Source of the DNA: an uncultured Eubacteriales bacterium
GTDB lineage: Bacteria > Bacillota > Clostridia > Oscillospirales > Oscillospiraceae
NCBI GenBank assembly: GCA_900547315.1
Contig: URGI01000001.1
Span: 12,639-76,638, forward strand
Length of the DNA stretch: 64,000 nt
Direction: 5' to 3'
The notes under the pieces are model-generated. The model ran no database searches. It saw nothing but the letters and a program-made list of their open reading frames with translations, and was not told the DNA's origin. The position numbers and the translations under genes were made by a program. Below, in pieces: positions 22,600 through 31,479 of the stretch. Numbering within the stretch: position 1 is the stretch's first letter; each line of letters begins with the position of its first letter.

Positions 22600-23952
22600 T
22601 CAGAACGCGGGGAGGAGTATAGTTGCGACGCCGCCGTTTATGACGGCTTCGATGGAGTACATCGGCCGGTAGAAGTTCTTGGAGTCACCTGCGTAGACGA
22701 TATTGACCGTGCGGCACTGCACCTCGTCTATCTCACTGGAGATCATTACGCCGCCAGTGCAGATGAATTCGCCGCGGCGTATGAGCCGGGCCACGCCGTC
22801 GGCGCTGAGGGTGTATTCCTCGCCGAGCGGGAGCATGGTGTACAGCTCATAATCGAGGTATTCGAGACGGCCGTCGTGTACACTGAAATTGACGCTGCCG
22901 TTATAGATCTCATCGCCGCTGTGCAGAAAATCGGCGGTGAGGCGGTATTCGTCGTCGTCGGCGATCTCGCGCGTGAGACCGGCGGGCAGCGGGCGGCCGA
23001 TGCTGTCAAGCAGCTTGTACACAAGCTCAAACGGATCGGAACCGCTGCTCTCGCCGCCGCTGTACAGCGTGAAGTTGAAGGTCGCGTCGTTATAGCACCA
23101 CAGCAGCGCCTGCGCGTCGGTCGAGCGGTAGAGCAGCACGGAGTCGTACGCGCTCTTATAGCTGCGGTCGCGGGTGAAGCCGAGCGCGGAGAACACGTCG
23201 TCCGCGGCGGCGTCCGTGCTGCCGGACGGAGCGGCGAGCGAATAGAGCTCAAGCTTTGATGGCAACATGTCCGCAATCATCGAGCAGTCCACGGCGGCGC
23301 GCTTCACTTCGTAGGGGCTGCCGGTCTCGCAGGGGAGGTAGCCGTATGGCCGTGCGGAATAGGAGATGAGCAGCGCCGCAGTCAGCGCCACGGGGACGGC
23401 GGTCTCGACGTAATGCCAGACGTTCCGCCTGCCGCCGCAGCGGGACGGGAATATCATCGCGCACAGCCCGCAGCCGAACAGCGCGCCGAGCATGCCGAGG
23501 ATCGGGCGGTCAATGTCGAACGCCCCGTAGCCGAAGAGCAGATGAAGCCCCTCGAGCGCCAGCGCGTATACAAGAGAGAAGAGCGGGATAAAATATTGCA
23601 GCGGCCTGCGGCGGATGACCAGCATCAGCAGGAAGCCGAAGGGCACGAACAGGCCGGAGGTCAGCACTATGAGCTGCGACAGGCTCACTCCGGTGTCGGC
23701 TACGGCGGAATAGATGCTGCGCAGGGGGTAGAGGTTCACGTCGTTCTCCCCGCTGTGTCCGGTCGTGAAGAGTATCGTGCTGAGAGATATCAGATACCAC
23801 AGCGTCACGAACCACAGCGCCTGCCGCTTCGGGGAAACGCCGCTCCGCTTGCGCACGGCAAGGCAGGATATCAGAAAAATACCCGAACAGAGAACCAACG
23901 CCGAGAGGCAGAGACTCGCATATGTATATAGATATGTTCCGAAAGCAGACAT
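22600..23952 (-). CDS. VanZ-like membrane protein with a large C-terminal extracytoplasmic domain (function unknown)
   Basis: N-terminal 4-5 TM helices with VanZ-family character, then about 250 hydrophilic residues. Start at MSAFGTYLY (ATG at 23952, GGAGAAA RBS). Confidence 0.55.
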   Translation of the reverse strand: MSAFGTYLYTYASLCLSALVLCSGIFLISCLAVRKRSGVSPKRQALWFVTLWYLISLSTILFTTGHSGENDVNLYPLRSIYSAVADTGVSLSQLIVLTSGLFVPFGFLLMLVIRRRPLQYFIPLFSLVYALALEGLHLLFGYGAFDIDRPILGMLGALFGCGLCAMIFPSRCGGRRNVWHYVETAVPVALTAALLISYSARPYGYLPCETGSPYEVKRAAVDCSMIADMLPSKLELYSLAAPSGSTDAAADDVFSALGFTRDRSYKSAYDSVLLYRSTDAQALLWCYNDATFNFTLYSGGESSGSDPFELVYKLLDSIGRPLPAGLTREIADDDEYRLTADFLHSGDEIYNGSVNFSVHDGRLEYLDYELYTMLPLGEEYTLSADGVARLIRRGEFICTGGVMISSEIDEVQCRTVNIVYAGDSKNFYRPMYSIEAVINGGVATILLPAF

Positions 23953-24275
23953 AAGTTTCTCCAAATGCAGATGATGCCCTTGTTAACTGATAATATTATT
24001 GTACACCACTTTTTATCAAAATTGGTCGAATTTAAGCAATCTTTAGATTTGAAATGCAATTTTGGCGTAATGCACAAGTCAATGGCCGCGTATACTTATA
24101 TATACGGAAAAGCTGTGGAATTGTTGCAGCATCCGGTCGAAAAAGCAAAATCAGCATTTTCGACAAAAATCAGCGCGCGATTTTGTGCATGGTATTGAGC
24201 GCCGCTCATGTGATATACCAAAACGGGATATAATTAATATACCAGTTTGGTATGCTCATGTCAAGAGGTGGGCAT

Positions 24276-24482
24276 ATGAGATTAAAGGCGCTGAGAGAAA
24301 AACGGGGGATATCCCAGCTGAAGCTTGCAATGGACCTGGGGCTGAATCAGAACAGCATAAGCAGGTACGAATCCGGCGCGAGGGAGGCGGATTACAAGAC
24401 GCTGATCGCGCTGGCAGATTATTTTGACGTGTCGATAGACTATCTCCTTGAGCGGACGGACAAACCCAAAATGAACCGGTGA
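24276..24482 (+). CDS. XRE-family (Cro/C1-type HTH) transcriptional regulator
   Basis: 68-aa protein with the HTH region GISQLKLAMDLGLNQNSISRYESG and the C-terminal ...FDVSIDYLL typical of short XRE regulators. AGAGGTGGG RBS. Confidence 0.7.
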   Translation: MRLKALREKRGISQLKLAMDLGLNQNSISRYESGAREADYKTLIALADYFDVSIDYLLERTDKPKMNR

Positions 24483-24645
24483 GGGCTTTTCCGGACGGCA
24501 GAGAATTTTACTGAATAAAGGAATTCGGACAAGTCCTCGGCGGCGCGCCGTGGGCTTGTCCGATTAAGCAAGCAGAGCAAAAAAGTGTTGCGGGTTGAGG
24601 ATGTGTAGAGTTTGTATAATATAGCTTTTTCGCCCATATCGCTTT

Positions 24646-24672
24646 AACAGCATTATCCATTATAATGCTGTT
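24646..24672 (+). promoter_or_regulatory. Perfect 11-bp inverted repeat AACAGCATTAT-ccatt-ATAATGCTGTT overlapping a TATAAT box, upstream of the second XRE gene (candidate operator)
   Basis: Inverted repeat read directly at 24646-24656 and 24662-24672. Confidence 0.35.
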
Positions 24673-24729
24673 GGATGGTTCATGTCAACAACTTCATTAC
24701 ATAAACTAATGCAGAGAGGTGGAGTTGAC

Positions 24730-25071
24730 ATGCCGGAAAAGAAAGATCTGAATGTATTGATAGGGACGAATATCCGTCAGGCGCGGGAGGCCGCGGGCTT
24801 TACGCAGGAAAAGTTTTCGGAGATGATAGGCATCGGCCCGAAGAGCCTGTCGGCGATAGAGCGCGGCACGGTCGGCATATCGCTTGCGGCGCTGAAGCGG
24901 GTGTGCTCGACGCTGTCAGTATCTAGCGACTCGATAATTTTCGGGCACACCGAGGAGAACGACGTCTCGGCGCTGACGGCGCGGCTGGCGCTGCTGACCG
25001 AGGAGGAGTTCAGGCTATGCAGCGAGATAATCTGCAAGCTGCTTGAGGCGCTACAGCACGGAAAAGGCTGA
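24730..25071 (+). CDS. XRE-family HTH transcriptional regulator (second of a tandem pair)
   Basis: HTH region GFTQEKFSEMIGIGPKSLSAIERG. Start taken at MPEKKDLN (ATG at 24730, GAGAGGTGGAG RBS). The longer ORF from 24682 lacks an RBS. Confidence 0.65.
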   Translation: MPEKKDLNVLIGTNIRQAREAAGFTQEKFSEMIGIGPKSLSAIERGTVGISLAALKRVCSTLSVSSDSIIFGHTEENDVSALTARLALLTEEEFRLCSEIICKLLEALQHGKG

Positions 25072-25114
25072 AAAAACACCGGCGTGTTGAAAAGCAACAC
25101 GCCGGTGTTTTTAA
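25071..25114. terminator. Bidirectional intrinsic terminator between the XRE gene (+) and the M20 hydrolase gene (-)
   Basis: 14-bp stem ACACCGGCGTGTTG/CAACACGCCGGTGT with loop AAAAG, flanked by A- and T-runs. Confidence 0.6.
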
Positions 25115-25115
25115 G

Positions 25116-26288
25116 TTATAAATTGTCCTGCGCCGAAAATACCGACTGCGCGAGCAACGCCGCGCCGCATACCGGCGTGTCATGCGCGGCATGGAACATC
25201 GGGTTGTGCCATAGGTAGGGCTTCTCTCCGGGGACGCCGGAGCCGAGAAAATAGAAGAAGGAGGGGACGCCCTCGCTCAGCAGCGAGAAATCCTCCGACG
25301 CCATGTTCACGGAGGGAACCTTTACGTTTTCCACCCCGAATACCGCGGCGCCCGCGTCCGACGCGGCCTTCAGCAGCGACTCGCTGTTGAAAACTCCGCG
25401 CGTGATCGGTATCAGCTCAAGCTCACAGGCGCAGCCGAATTCCTCCGCGGTGCCGTGCGCCATAAGCTCAACACGCTTGAGGATGCGCTCGCGCACGTCC
25501 TCTTCAAGACTGCGGATGTTGCCGGTTATCTCGGCGTCGTCGATCGTGGTGGTGAACGGCGTACCGGACTGGATGGAGCACACGGTCAGCACGGCGGACT
25601 CAAGTGGGCCGACATTGCGGCTTATGATAGTCTCAAGCGACATGACGAGGCTGGCGATGGCCACCGTCGGGTCGACATTTTTCTGCGGCGTGCTCGTATG
25701 GCCGCTTTTGCCGATGAACTTAATGCGGAAGCCATCTTTGAACGACATGAGCGGCCCGGCCTTGACGCCGACGGTGCCGACAGGCAGCTCCGGCAGATTG
25801 TGCAGCCCGAAAACGGCGCTGGGCTTGTACTGCGAAAAGACGTTGTGCTCAAGCATGTACTTTGCGCCCTTGAGCTTTTCCTCCGCCGGCTGGAACACAA
25901 AGAGCACGTTCGCGCGAAGCTCGTCCCGGTGCGCGCTCAGCAGCATCGCCGCGCCGAGCAGCCCCGCCGTATGGGTGTCGTGCCCGCAGCCGTGCATGAC
26001 TCCGGGCGTGAGGGATTTGTCCGGCCGGTCATATTCCTCGTGCTGCACGATAGCGTCGATGTCCGCGCGCAGCGCGATGGTCGCGTCCCCGCGGCCGCGG
26101 AGCAGCCCCACGACGCCGGTCTCAAGACCAAGGTCAAGTATCTCAATGCCGAGCTTCTCAAGCTGGGCGCGGATGATGGCGCTGGTGCGCTTTTCCTCAA
26201 AGCTCAGCTCAGGATGGGCGTGAAGGTCGGCAGTAATCGAATAAATCTGTTCGGAATAGTGTTTTTTTGCCTCTTCAAGAAGGTTCAA
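25116..26288 (-). CDS. M20/M20D family amidohydrolase (aminoacylase/hippurate-hydrolase-like; a possible N-carbamoyl or N-acyl amino acid amidohydrolase)
   Basis: 390-aa protein with the M20D metal-binding motifs (MHGCGHDTH, ...FQPAEE...). TTG start at 26288 after an AAAGGAG RBS. Divergent from the LacI-family regulator gene. Confidence 0.8.
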   Translation of the reverse strand: MNLLEEAKKHYSEQIYSITADLHAHPELSFEEKRTSAIIRAQLEKLGIEILDLGLETGVVGLLRGRGDATIALRADIDAIVQHEEYDRPDKSLTPGVMHGCGHDTHTAGLLGAAMLLSAHRDELRANVLFVFQPAEEKLKGAKYMLEHNVFSQYKPSAVFGLHNLPELPVGTVGVKAGPLMSFKDGFRIKFIGKSGHTSTPQKNVDPTVAIASLVMSLETIISRNVGPLESAVLTVCSIQSGTPFTTTIDDAEITGNIRSLEEDVRERILKRVELMAHGTAEEFGCACELELIPITRGVFNSESLLKAASDAGAAVFGVENVKVPSVNMASEDFSLLSEGVPSFFYFLGSGVPGEKPYLWHNPMFHAAHDTPVCGAALLAQSVFSAQDNL

Positions 26289-26463
26289 AAGTCGTCACTC
26301 CTTTCCCCACAACTCTTTAAGTATAAAATTTGCCGTCGGAAAACACAAGAGAAAAAATAAAAATCGCGAAATGACCAAAAATCTATCGAAAATTCTGTAC
26401 ATAGTGTCAATTGCAAATAGACAAAAACATGTTTATTATATATCTTGAAAAAAGTCATAGGGA

Positions 26464-26478
26464 AGTTAAACGATTATC
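26464..26478 (+). promoter_or_regulatory. Candidate LacI-family operator, copy 1 (AGTTAAACGATTATC), about 40 nt upstream of the regulator gene
   Basis: One of three copies of a near-palindromic 14-16-mer centred on CG. Exact string read from the sequence. Confidence 0.4.
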
Positions 26479-26514
26479 CGGGAGCAAACATCCCGAAAAA
26501 CGCAGTAAACGCAG

Positions 26515-27570
26515 ATGAATGGTAGAAAAGTAAGCTATGCGACAATAAAAGATGTTGCAGAGCTGGCCGAAACGTCTGTGGCGACCGTATCGTATATTCT
26601 CAGCGGAAAGTCCGAAAAGAGCTTCCGACAGGATACGGTGGACAGAGTTATGGCGGCTGTCGAGGAGCTGAATTACAGCAAGAACGCAATCGCCTCCGGA
26701 CTGCGCGGCAATAAGCGCGGCATGATCTACATCATTATCCCTCAGTTTTCAAACATATACTACACGCGAGTGTGCGAAGCGATAGAAAATGTTCTGTTTG
26801 AAAACGGACTTGTCCCCGTGATATGCGACACGAGAGAAGACCCGGAGCGTGAAAAGCGCCTGCTTGAGCTTGCGATAAGCCAGCGCTGCGACGGGATAGT
26901 GCTTGGGCCTACGATCAGAGGCTGGGAGAATACGGCGGCGGTCAGAAGCCTGAATATCCCGCTTGTCGTGGTCGGGCGCGAGCTTGGCTCGCCCAATGAC
27001 CAGAAGTCCTACTATTATGTAGGGGACGACAGCTATCAGGCCGGCTACCTTGCCGGAAGCGTCCTCGCAAAGGGCGGACATGAATCCATCGGAGTTATCG
27101 ACTGGGGAAGCCAGATCGGCTCGGCAATTGACCGAAGCAACGGCTTCACGGCGGCGATAAAAAAGCATTGCCCCGGTGTGAAGCTCATGCATGCGTCAAG
27201 CATGATCGTTGATGTAGATACCGGATACCAGCTTACGAAGAGCATATTTGGCGATAAAATGCCCAATGCACTCTTTTACAGCTACCATGTACTGGCGCAG
27301 GGAGGCATAACCTACCTTCACGAGCATGGCCTGCGCATCCCTGAGGATGTGACGATCTCGATGGTCGGCACACCGTCGTGGGCGAAGCTGCTGGAATCGC
27401 CGTGCACGATGGTAAATCAAAATGAAGATTGGGTTGGATCAACGGCGGCGAAGATAATGCTCCGTCTTATAGACGGAGATACGTCGAGCCTGCTCATGTC
27501 GGAATACCGGCATGTGTGCCGCTGCCAGCTCGTTGAACACAGCGGCTTCAGAAAAGCCGCGTCAAATTAG
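26515..27570 (+). CDS. LacI-family transcriptional regulator (HTH plus periplasmic-binding-protein-like sugar/ligand domain)
   Basis: N-terminal HTH ATIKDVAELAETSVATVSYIL and a C-terminal PBP-like domain. Confidence 0.85.
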   Translation: MNGRKVSYATIKDVAELAETSVATVSYILSGKSEKSFRQDTVDRVMAAVEELNYSKNAIASGLRGNKRGMIYIIIPQFSNIYYTRVCEAIENVLFENGLVPVICDTREDPEREKRLLELAISQRCDGIVLGPTIRGWENTAAVRSLNIPLVVVGRELGSPNDQKSYYYVGDDSYQAGYLAGSVLAKGGHESIGVIDWGSQIGSAIDRSNGFTAAIKKHCPGVKLMHASSMIVDVDTGYQLTKSIFGDKMPNALFYSYHVLAQGGITYLHEHGLRIPEDVTISMVGTPSWAKLLESPCTMVNQNEDWVGSTAAKIMLRLIDGDTSSLLMSEYRHVCRCQLVEHSGFRKAASN

Positions 27571-27608
27571 CAACGTTTACCGAAACAAGCCATTTTGGTA
27601 AACGTTGC
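27570..27608 (+). promoter_or_regulatory. Perfect 12-bp inverted repeat GCAACGTTTACC-N15-GGTAAACGTTGC just after the regulator stop (terminator-like hairpin or extended operator)
   Basis: Arms at 27570-27581 and 27597-27608. There is no U-tract afterwards, so its role is ambiguous. Confidence 0.35.
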
Positions 27609-27619
27609 AAAATAGGACA

Positions 27620-27635
27620 GGTTAAACGATTAACC
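27620..27635 (+). promoter_or_regulatory. Candidate LacI-family operator, copy 2 (GGTTAAACGATTAACC). A perfect palindrome TAGTTAACTA lies at 27642-27651.
   Basis: Near-palindrome with the same core as copies 1 and 3. Confidence 0.4.
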
Positions 27636-27755
27636 TAGATTTAGTTAACTACTTCACCGGAAAGAACCGGTTTGTGCAATCTGAAAAAAGACCGTAGGGG
27701 AGAAAAGCCCCGGAAAAAGACATGATTTCTGAAAATTGTGTCTTAACTTTAGCAA

Positions 27756-27771
27756 AGTTAAACGATTAACT
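27756..27771 (+). promoter_or_regulatory. Candidate LacI-family operator, copy 3 (AGTTAAACGATTAACT), about 100 nt upstream of the carbamate kinase start
   Basis: 7 of 8 palindromic pairs around the central CG. Identical core to copy 2. Confidence 0.4.
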
Positions 27772-27873
27772 ATTTTTCACTCATTTCACCTTTTGTTTAA
27801 CCTGCACAGAAAAGTCAGCAAATTCAATTTATATATATCATGTTTGCTCAAAAAATGGAAGGACGGTAAGATT

Positions 27874-28812
27874 ATGAAAAAAGTTGTTATTGCTCTCGGT
27901 GGAAACGCTCTTCAGGCAAGAGGCGAGGCCGCGACCAGCGAAAACCAGCTTAAGAACGTCATGGTGACCGCAGAGCACATCGCCAAGATAATCGGCGAGG
28001 GCTACAAGGTCATCGTCAGCCACGGCAACGGCCCCCAGGTCGGCAGAATCCTGCTCCAGAACGAGGCCGGCAAGAGCGTGACTCCTCCGATGCCGATGGA
28101 TGTCTGCGGCGCAATGACTCAGGGCATGATCGGATATCACATCCAGCAGGGTCTCTCTCAGGTTCTCCGCGAGAACGGCATTGACAAGCCCGTCTGCACC
28201 CTCGTGACTCAGGTCGAGGTCGACAGCGCTGACCCCGCATTCCAGAATCCCACCAAGCCTGTCGGCGCTTTCTACACCGAGGAAGAGGCCATGCAGATAC
28301 AGGCCGAGAAGGGCTACGCGATGAAGAAGGACGCGAACCGCGGCTACCGCAGAGTCGTTCCCTCCCCCAAGCCCCAGAAGATCATCGAGATCGACACCAT
28401 AAAGACCCTCGTCGACGGCGATACCGTTGTTGTCGCAGCAGGCGGCGGCGGAATCCCCGTGTGCAAGAAGGACGGCAAGTACGTCGGTATCGAGGCTGTT
28501 ATAGACAAGGACTTCGCCTCCGAGGTTCTCGCAGAGCAGCTTGACGCGGACATCCTGATGATCCTCACTGAGGTCGAGAACGTCTGCCTCAACTTCGGCA
28601 AGCCCGACGAGAAGGTTCTGCGTGAAGTCACTGCAGATGAGATGGACAAGTACGCGGCAGAAGGCCACTTCGCTCCCGGCAGCATGCTCCCGAAGGTTCA
28701 GGCCGTCAGCAAGTTCGTACACTCCAAGCCCGGCAGAGTCGCAGTCATCACCTCTCTGGAGAACGCCGTCAACGGCATCACCGGTGTAAAGGGAACCATC
28801 ATCAAAGGCTAA
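27874..28812 (+). CDS. arcC: Carbamate kinase
   Basis: Start at MKKVVIALGGNAL (ATG at 27874, GGAAGGACGG RBS). Amino-acid-kinase fold motifs throughout (e.g. VVVAAGGGGIPV). 312 aa. Confidence 0.85.
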   Translation: MKKVVIALGGNALQARGEAATSENQLKNVMVTAEHIAKIIGEGYKVIVSHGNGPQVGRILLQNEAGKSVTPPMPMDVCGAMTQGMIGYHIQQGLSQVLRENGIDKPVCTLVTQVEVDSADPAFQNPTKPVGAFYTEEEAMQIQAEKGYAMKKDANRGYRRVVPSPKPQKIIEIDTIKTLVDGDTVVVAAGGGGIPVCKKDGKYVGIEAVIDKDFASEVLAEQLDADILMILTEVENVCLNFGKPDEKVLREVTADEMDKYAAEGHFAPGSMLPKVQAVSKFVHSKPGRVAVITSLENAVNGITGVKGTIIKG

Positions 28813-28846
28813 GCGTCATTCATTATATTAATTAGGAGTTATAAAA

Positions 28847-30004
28847 ATGCGTGAAGTTATTCCTGTAAAATGCTCCATCGTCCGCGGCGGCACCAGCAAG
28901 GGCATCTTCATTATGGAAAATGAACTGCCCCGTGATCCCGAACTGCGCGACAAGTATATTCTTGAGATATTCGGCAGCCCCGATGTCCGTCAGATAGACG
29001 GTCTCGGCGGTGCGGACGTCCTCACCAGCAAGCTTGCGATAATCGGCCCGTCCAGCAGAGAAGATGCGGACGTCGATTATACCTTCGGTCAGGTCAGCTT
29101 CGTCGAGCCAAAGATCGACTACAAGTCCAACTGCGGCAACATCTCCGCCGGCGTTGCACCCTTTGCGATAAACAACGGCATTGTCAAGGCTGTTGAGCCC
29201 TACACCACCGTCCGCATCCATCAGGTCAACACCGACACCATCATCAACGCCAAGGTCGAGGTTCGTGACGGCAAGGCCGCTGTTGACGGCGACTTCCATA
29301 TCGACGGTGTTCCCACTCCCGGCTCCACGATCGAGCTTGACTTCTCCGACAGCGTCGGCGGCATCACCGGCAAGCTCCTTCCGACCGATAACGTTGTTGA
29401 CACCATCGTGACCGACGACGGCAAGAGCTACGAGGTCTCCGTGGTCGACGCGGGCATCCCAACCGTGTTCATTGAGGCCAAGTCCCTCGACATGAGCGGC
29501 ATCGAGACTCCCCAGCAGATCGAGGGCAACGCGGCGCTTATGACCAAGATCGAAGAGATCCGCGGCCGCTGCGCGGTAAAGATGGGCTTCACCGACGATT
29601 ACAAGAACGCCGTTAAGGATTGCCCCTACGCTCCGTTCTTCGCCATCGTCTCTCCGAGCCAGAGCTACCACACCTTCGACGGCAAGGACGTCAAGGGTGA
29701 GGACATCGACATCGTCAGCCGCCTCGTCTTCATGCAGAAGATGCATAAGACCCACCCCGTGACCGGCACCGTGTGCATGTCCACCGCGGCCCGCATCCCC
29801 GGCAGCATCGTCAACCGCAATCTCTCCGAGCGCGGCAAGGCCGAGCACCGTATATGGATCGGCCACCCGGCAGGCGTTATCCCGGCGGTCTCCGTCCTCG
29901 ACAACGTTGACGGCGAGTACAAGCTCCGCACCGCTGCCATTCTCCGCACCGCACGCGTCATCATGGACGGCACCGTATACGTGCGCCGCTCCAGAGTAGA
30001 GTAA
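28847..30004 (+). CDS. PrpF/AcnD-accessory family isomerase (2-methylaconitate or 3-methylitaconate isomerase-like)
   Basis: 385-aa protein with N-terminal IPVKCSIVRGGTSKGIFI, the hallmark of the PrpF/Mii family. Confidence 0.8.
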   Translation: MREVIPVKCSIVRGGTSKGIFIMENELPRDPELRDKYILEIFGSPDVRQIDGLGGADVLTSKLAIIGPSSREDADVDYTFGQVSFVEPKIDYKSNCGNISAGVAPFAINNGIVKAVEPYTTVRIHQVNTDTIINAKVEVRDGKAAVDGDFHIDGVPTPGSTIELDFSDSVGGITGKLLPTDNVVDTIVTDDGKSYEVSVVDAGIPTVFIEAKSLDMSGIETPQQIEGNAALMTKIEEIRGRCAVKMGFTDDYKNAVKDCPYAPFFAIVSPSQSYHTFDGKDVKGEDIDIVSRLVFMQKMHKTHPVTGTVCMSTAARIPGSIVNRNLSERGKAEHRIWIGHPAGVIPAVSVLDNVDGEYKLRTAAILRTARVIMDGTVYVRRSRVE

Positions 30005-30059
30005 GGGCGTTCAGCCAAAAGCTTTCAAATAAAAAAACAAAAAATTTCAGGAGGAAACC

Positions 30060-31448
30060 ATGAGCAAGTATTTAGCAGAGCAGATTTCTGAAGTAGTTGT
30101 CAACACCCATTTTGAGGATCTGCCCCAGTATGCAGTTGACAAAGCAAAGATGCTGACCCTCGACGTTCTGGCCTCTATGGTCGGTACCCGCAAGGTCATC
30201 TCCAGCGAAATCGCCCGCGATGTAGCGGCAGAGCTCGGCGGCCCGGAAGAGGCTTCCATCGTCGGCTACGGCAAGAAGGTTGCAGCACCCAACGCTGCAT
30301 TCGCAAATGCTATCCAGTGCTATGGTCTTGACTTCGTTGATGACCATAATGAATCCAACGCTCACCCCTCTCCCGTTACCTACCCCGTCAGCTTCGCACT
30401 CGCCGAGCAGCTCAAGCGCTCCGGTAAGGAATTCATCGAAGCCTGCGTTCTCGGTAACGAGATCGTCTGCCGTATGGGCAGCGCCTACCTCGGCGACATG
30501 TACACCCAGGGCTTCCATCCCACCAGCACCTGCGGCACCATGGGCGGTGTTGTCTCCGCTGCAAAGCTGATGAAGCTCGACGAGCAGAAGGTCTCCTACG
30601 CTCAGGGCATCGCCGGCTCCGCCGTTGCGGGTCTGATGGCATGGAACACCCAGGGCTCCTTCACCAAGCGTTACCAGGCCGGCCGTCCCTCCATGGACGT
30701 CATCGTTGCCGCACGCATGGCCGAGAAGGGCTTCAACGGACCTACCGACATCTTCGAGAGCCAGGACGGTCTGCTCCACGCATACTCCTACCAAGATCGC
30801 TACGACACCAACTGGATCACCAAGGATCTGGGCAAAGAGTGGATATTCGCCACCTCCAGCATCAAGGTTTACCCCTGCTGCCGTTACTCCGGCGGTCACC
30901 TCGACGCCTGCCTTGAGATCGTCCACAAGTATCATCCCGATCCCGCCAAGATCGCAAAGATCCACGTTCGCTCCTCCCTCCAGACCATGCACCTGCTGGC
31001 CGAGCCGCGCAAGTGGCATCCGGAAAACATCGTTGACCTGCAGTTCTCCATGCCTTACCAGGCAGCTGTCGCGTTCCTCAACGGCAAGTTCACTCCGGAC
31101 GAGCTGAATGTCGAGTACATCAAGAATCCGCTCATCCAGAAGATGATCGCCAACACCACCGTCGTCTGCGACGATGAGTTCGAGCGCCGTTATCCTGAGC
31201 ACTACTCCAGCGCTGTTACCATCACCATGGAAGACGGCACCGAGTACACCGCAGTTGTCGACGATCCTAAGGGCGACTGGAGAAATCCCGTTACCTACGA
31301 AGATGTCGAGAACAAGTTCCGTTACCTCGCCAATACCGTTTACGCTGATCCCGAGCGCACCGAGAAGATCATTGCTTTCGTCAAGGATCTTGAGAAGCAG
31401 CCCGACATGAGCGTTCTCATGGAGCTTGTAAACGACGAGGCCAAATAA
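30060..31448 (+). CDS. MmgE/PrpD family protein (2-methylcitrate dehydratase / cis-aconitate decarboxylase superfamily)
   Basis: 462-aa protein with the MmgE/PrpD architecture (N-terminal helical domain, conserved C-terminal region). Confidence 0.85.
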   Translation: MSKYLAEQISEVVVNTHFEDLPQYAVDKAKMLTLDVLASMVGTRKVISSEIARDVAAELGGPEEASIVGYGKKVAAPNAAFANAIQCYGLDFVDDHNESNAHPSPVTYPVSFALAEQLKRSGKEFIEACVLGNEIVCRMGSAYLGDMYTQGFHPTSTCGTMGGVVSAAKLMKLDEQKVSYAQGIAGSAVAGLMAWNTQGSFTKRYQAGRPSMDVIVAARMAEKGFNGPTDIFESQDGLLHAYSYQDRYDTNWITKDLGKEWIFATSSIKVYPCCRYSGGHLDACLEIVHKYHPDPAKIAKIHVRSSLQTMHLLAEPRKWHPENIVDLQFSMPYQAAVAFLNGKFTPDELNVEYIKNPLIQKMIANTTVVCDDEFERRYPEHYSSAVTITMEDGTEYTAVVDDPKGDWRNPVTYEDVENKFRYLANTVYADPERTEKIIAFVKDLEKQPDMSVLMELVNDEAK

Positions 31449-31479
31449 TTAAGCTTCGCAAGTGAGAGGAGATAAACAT

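Noticed and set aside
23965-24198. 77-aa + strand ORF in the AT-rich spacer before the XRE genes
   Set aside because: It has no RBS. Its composition and hydrophobic-random sequence are atypical of the genome's proteins. It is more likely non-coding regulatory DNA.
23960-25115. Mobile element or prophage call for the AT-rich XRE region
   Set aside because: No integrase, transposase, recombinase, terminal inverted repeats or target-site duplications could be identified in the window. It is kept only as a low-interest observation.
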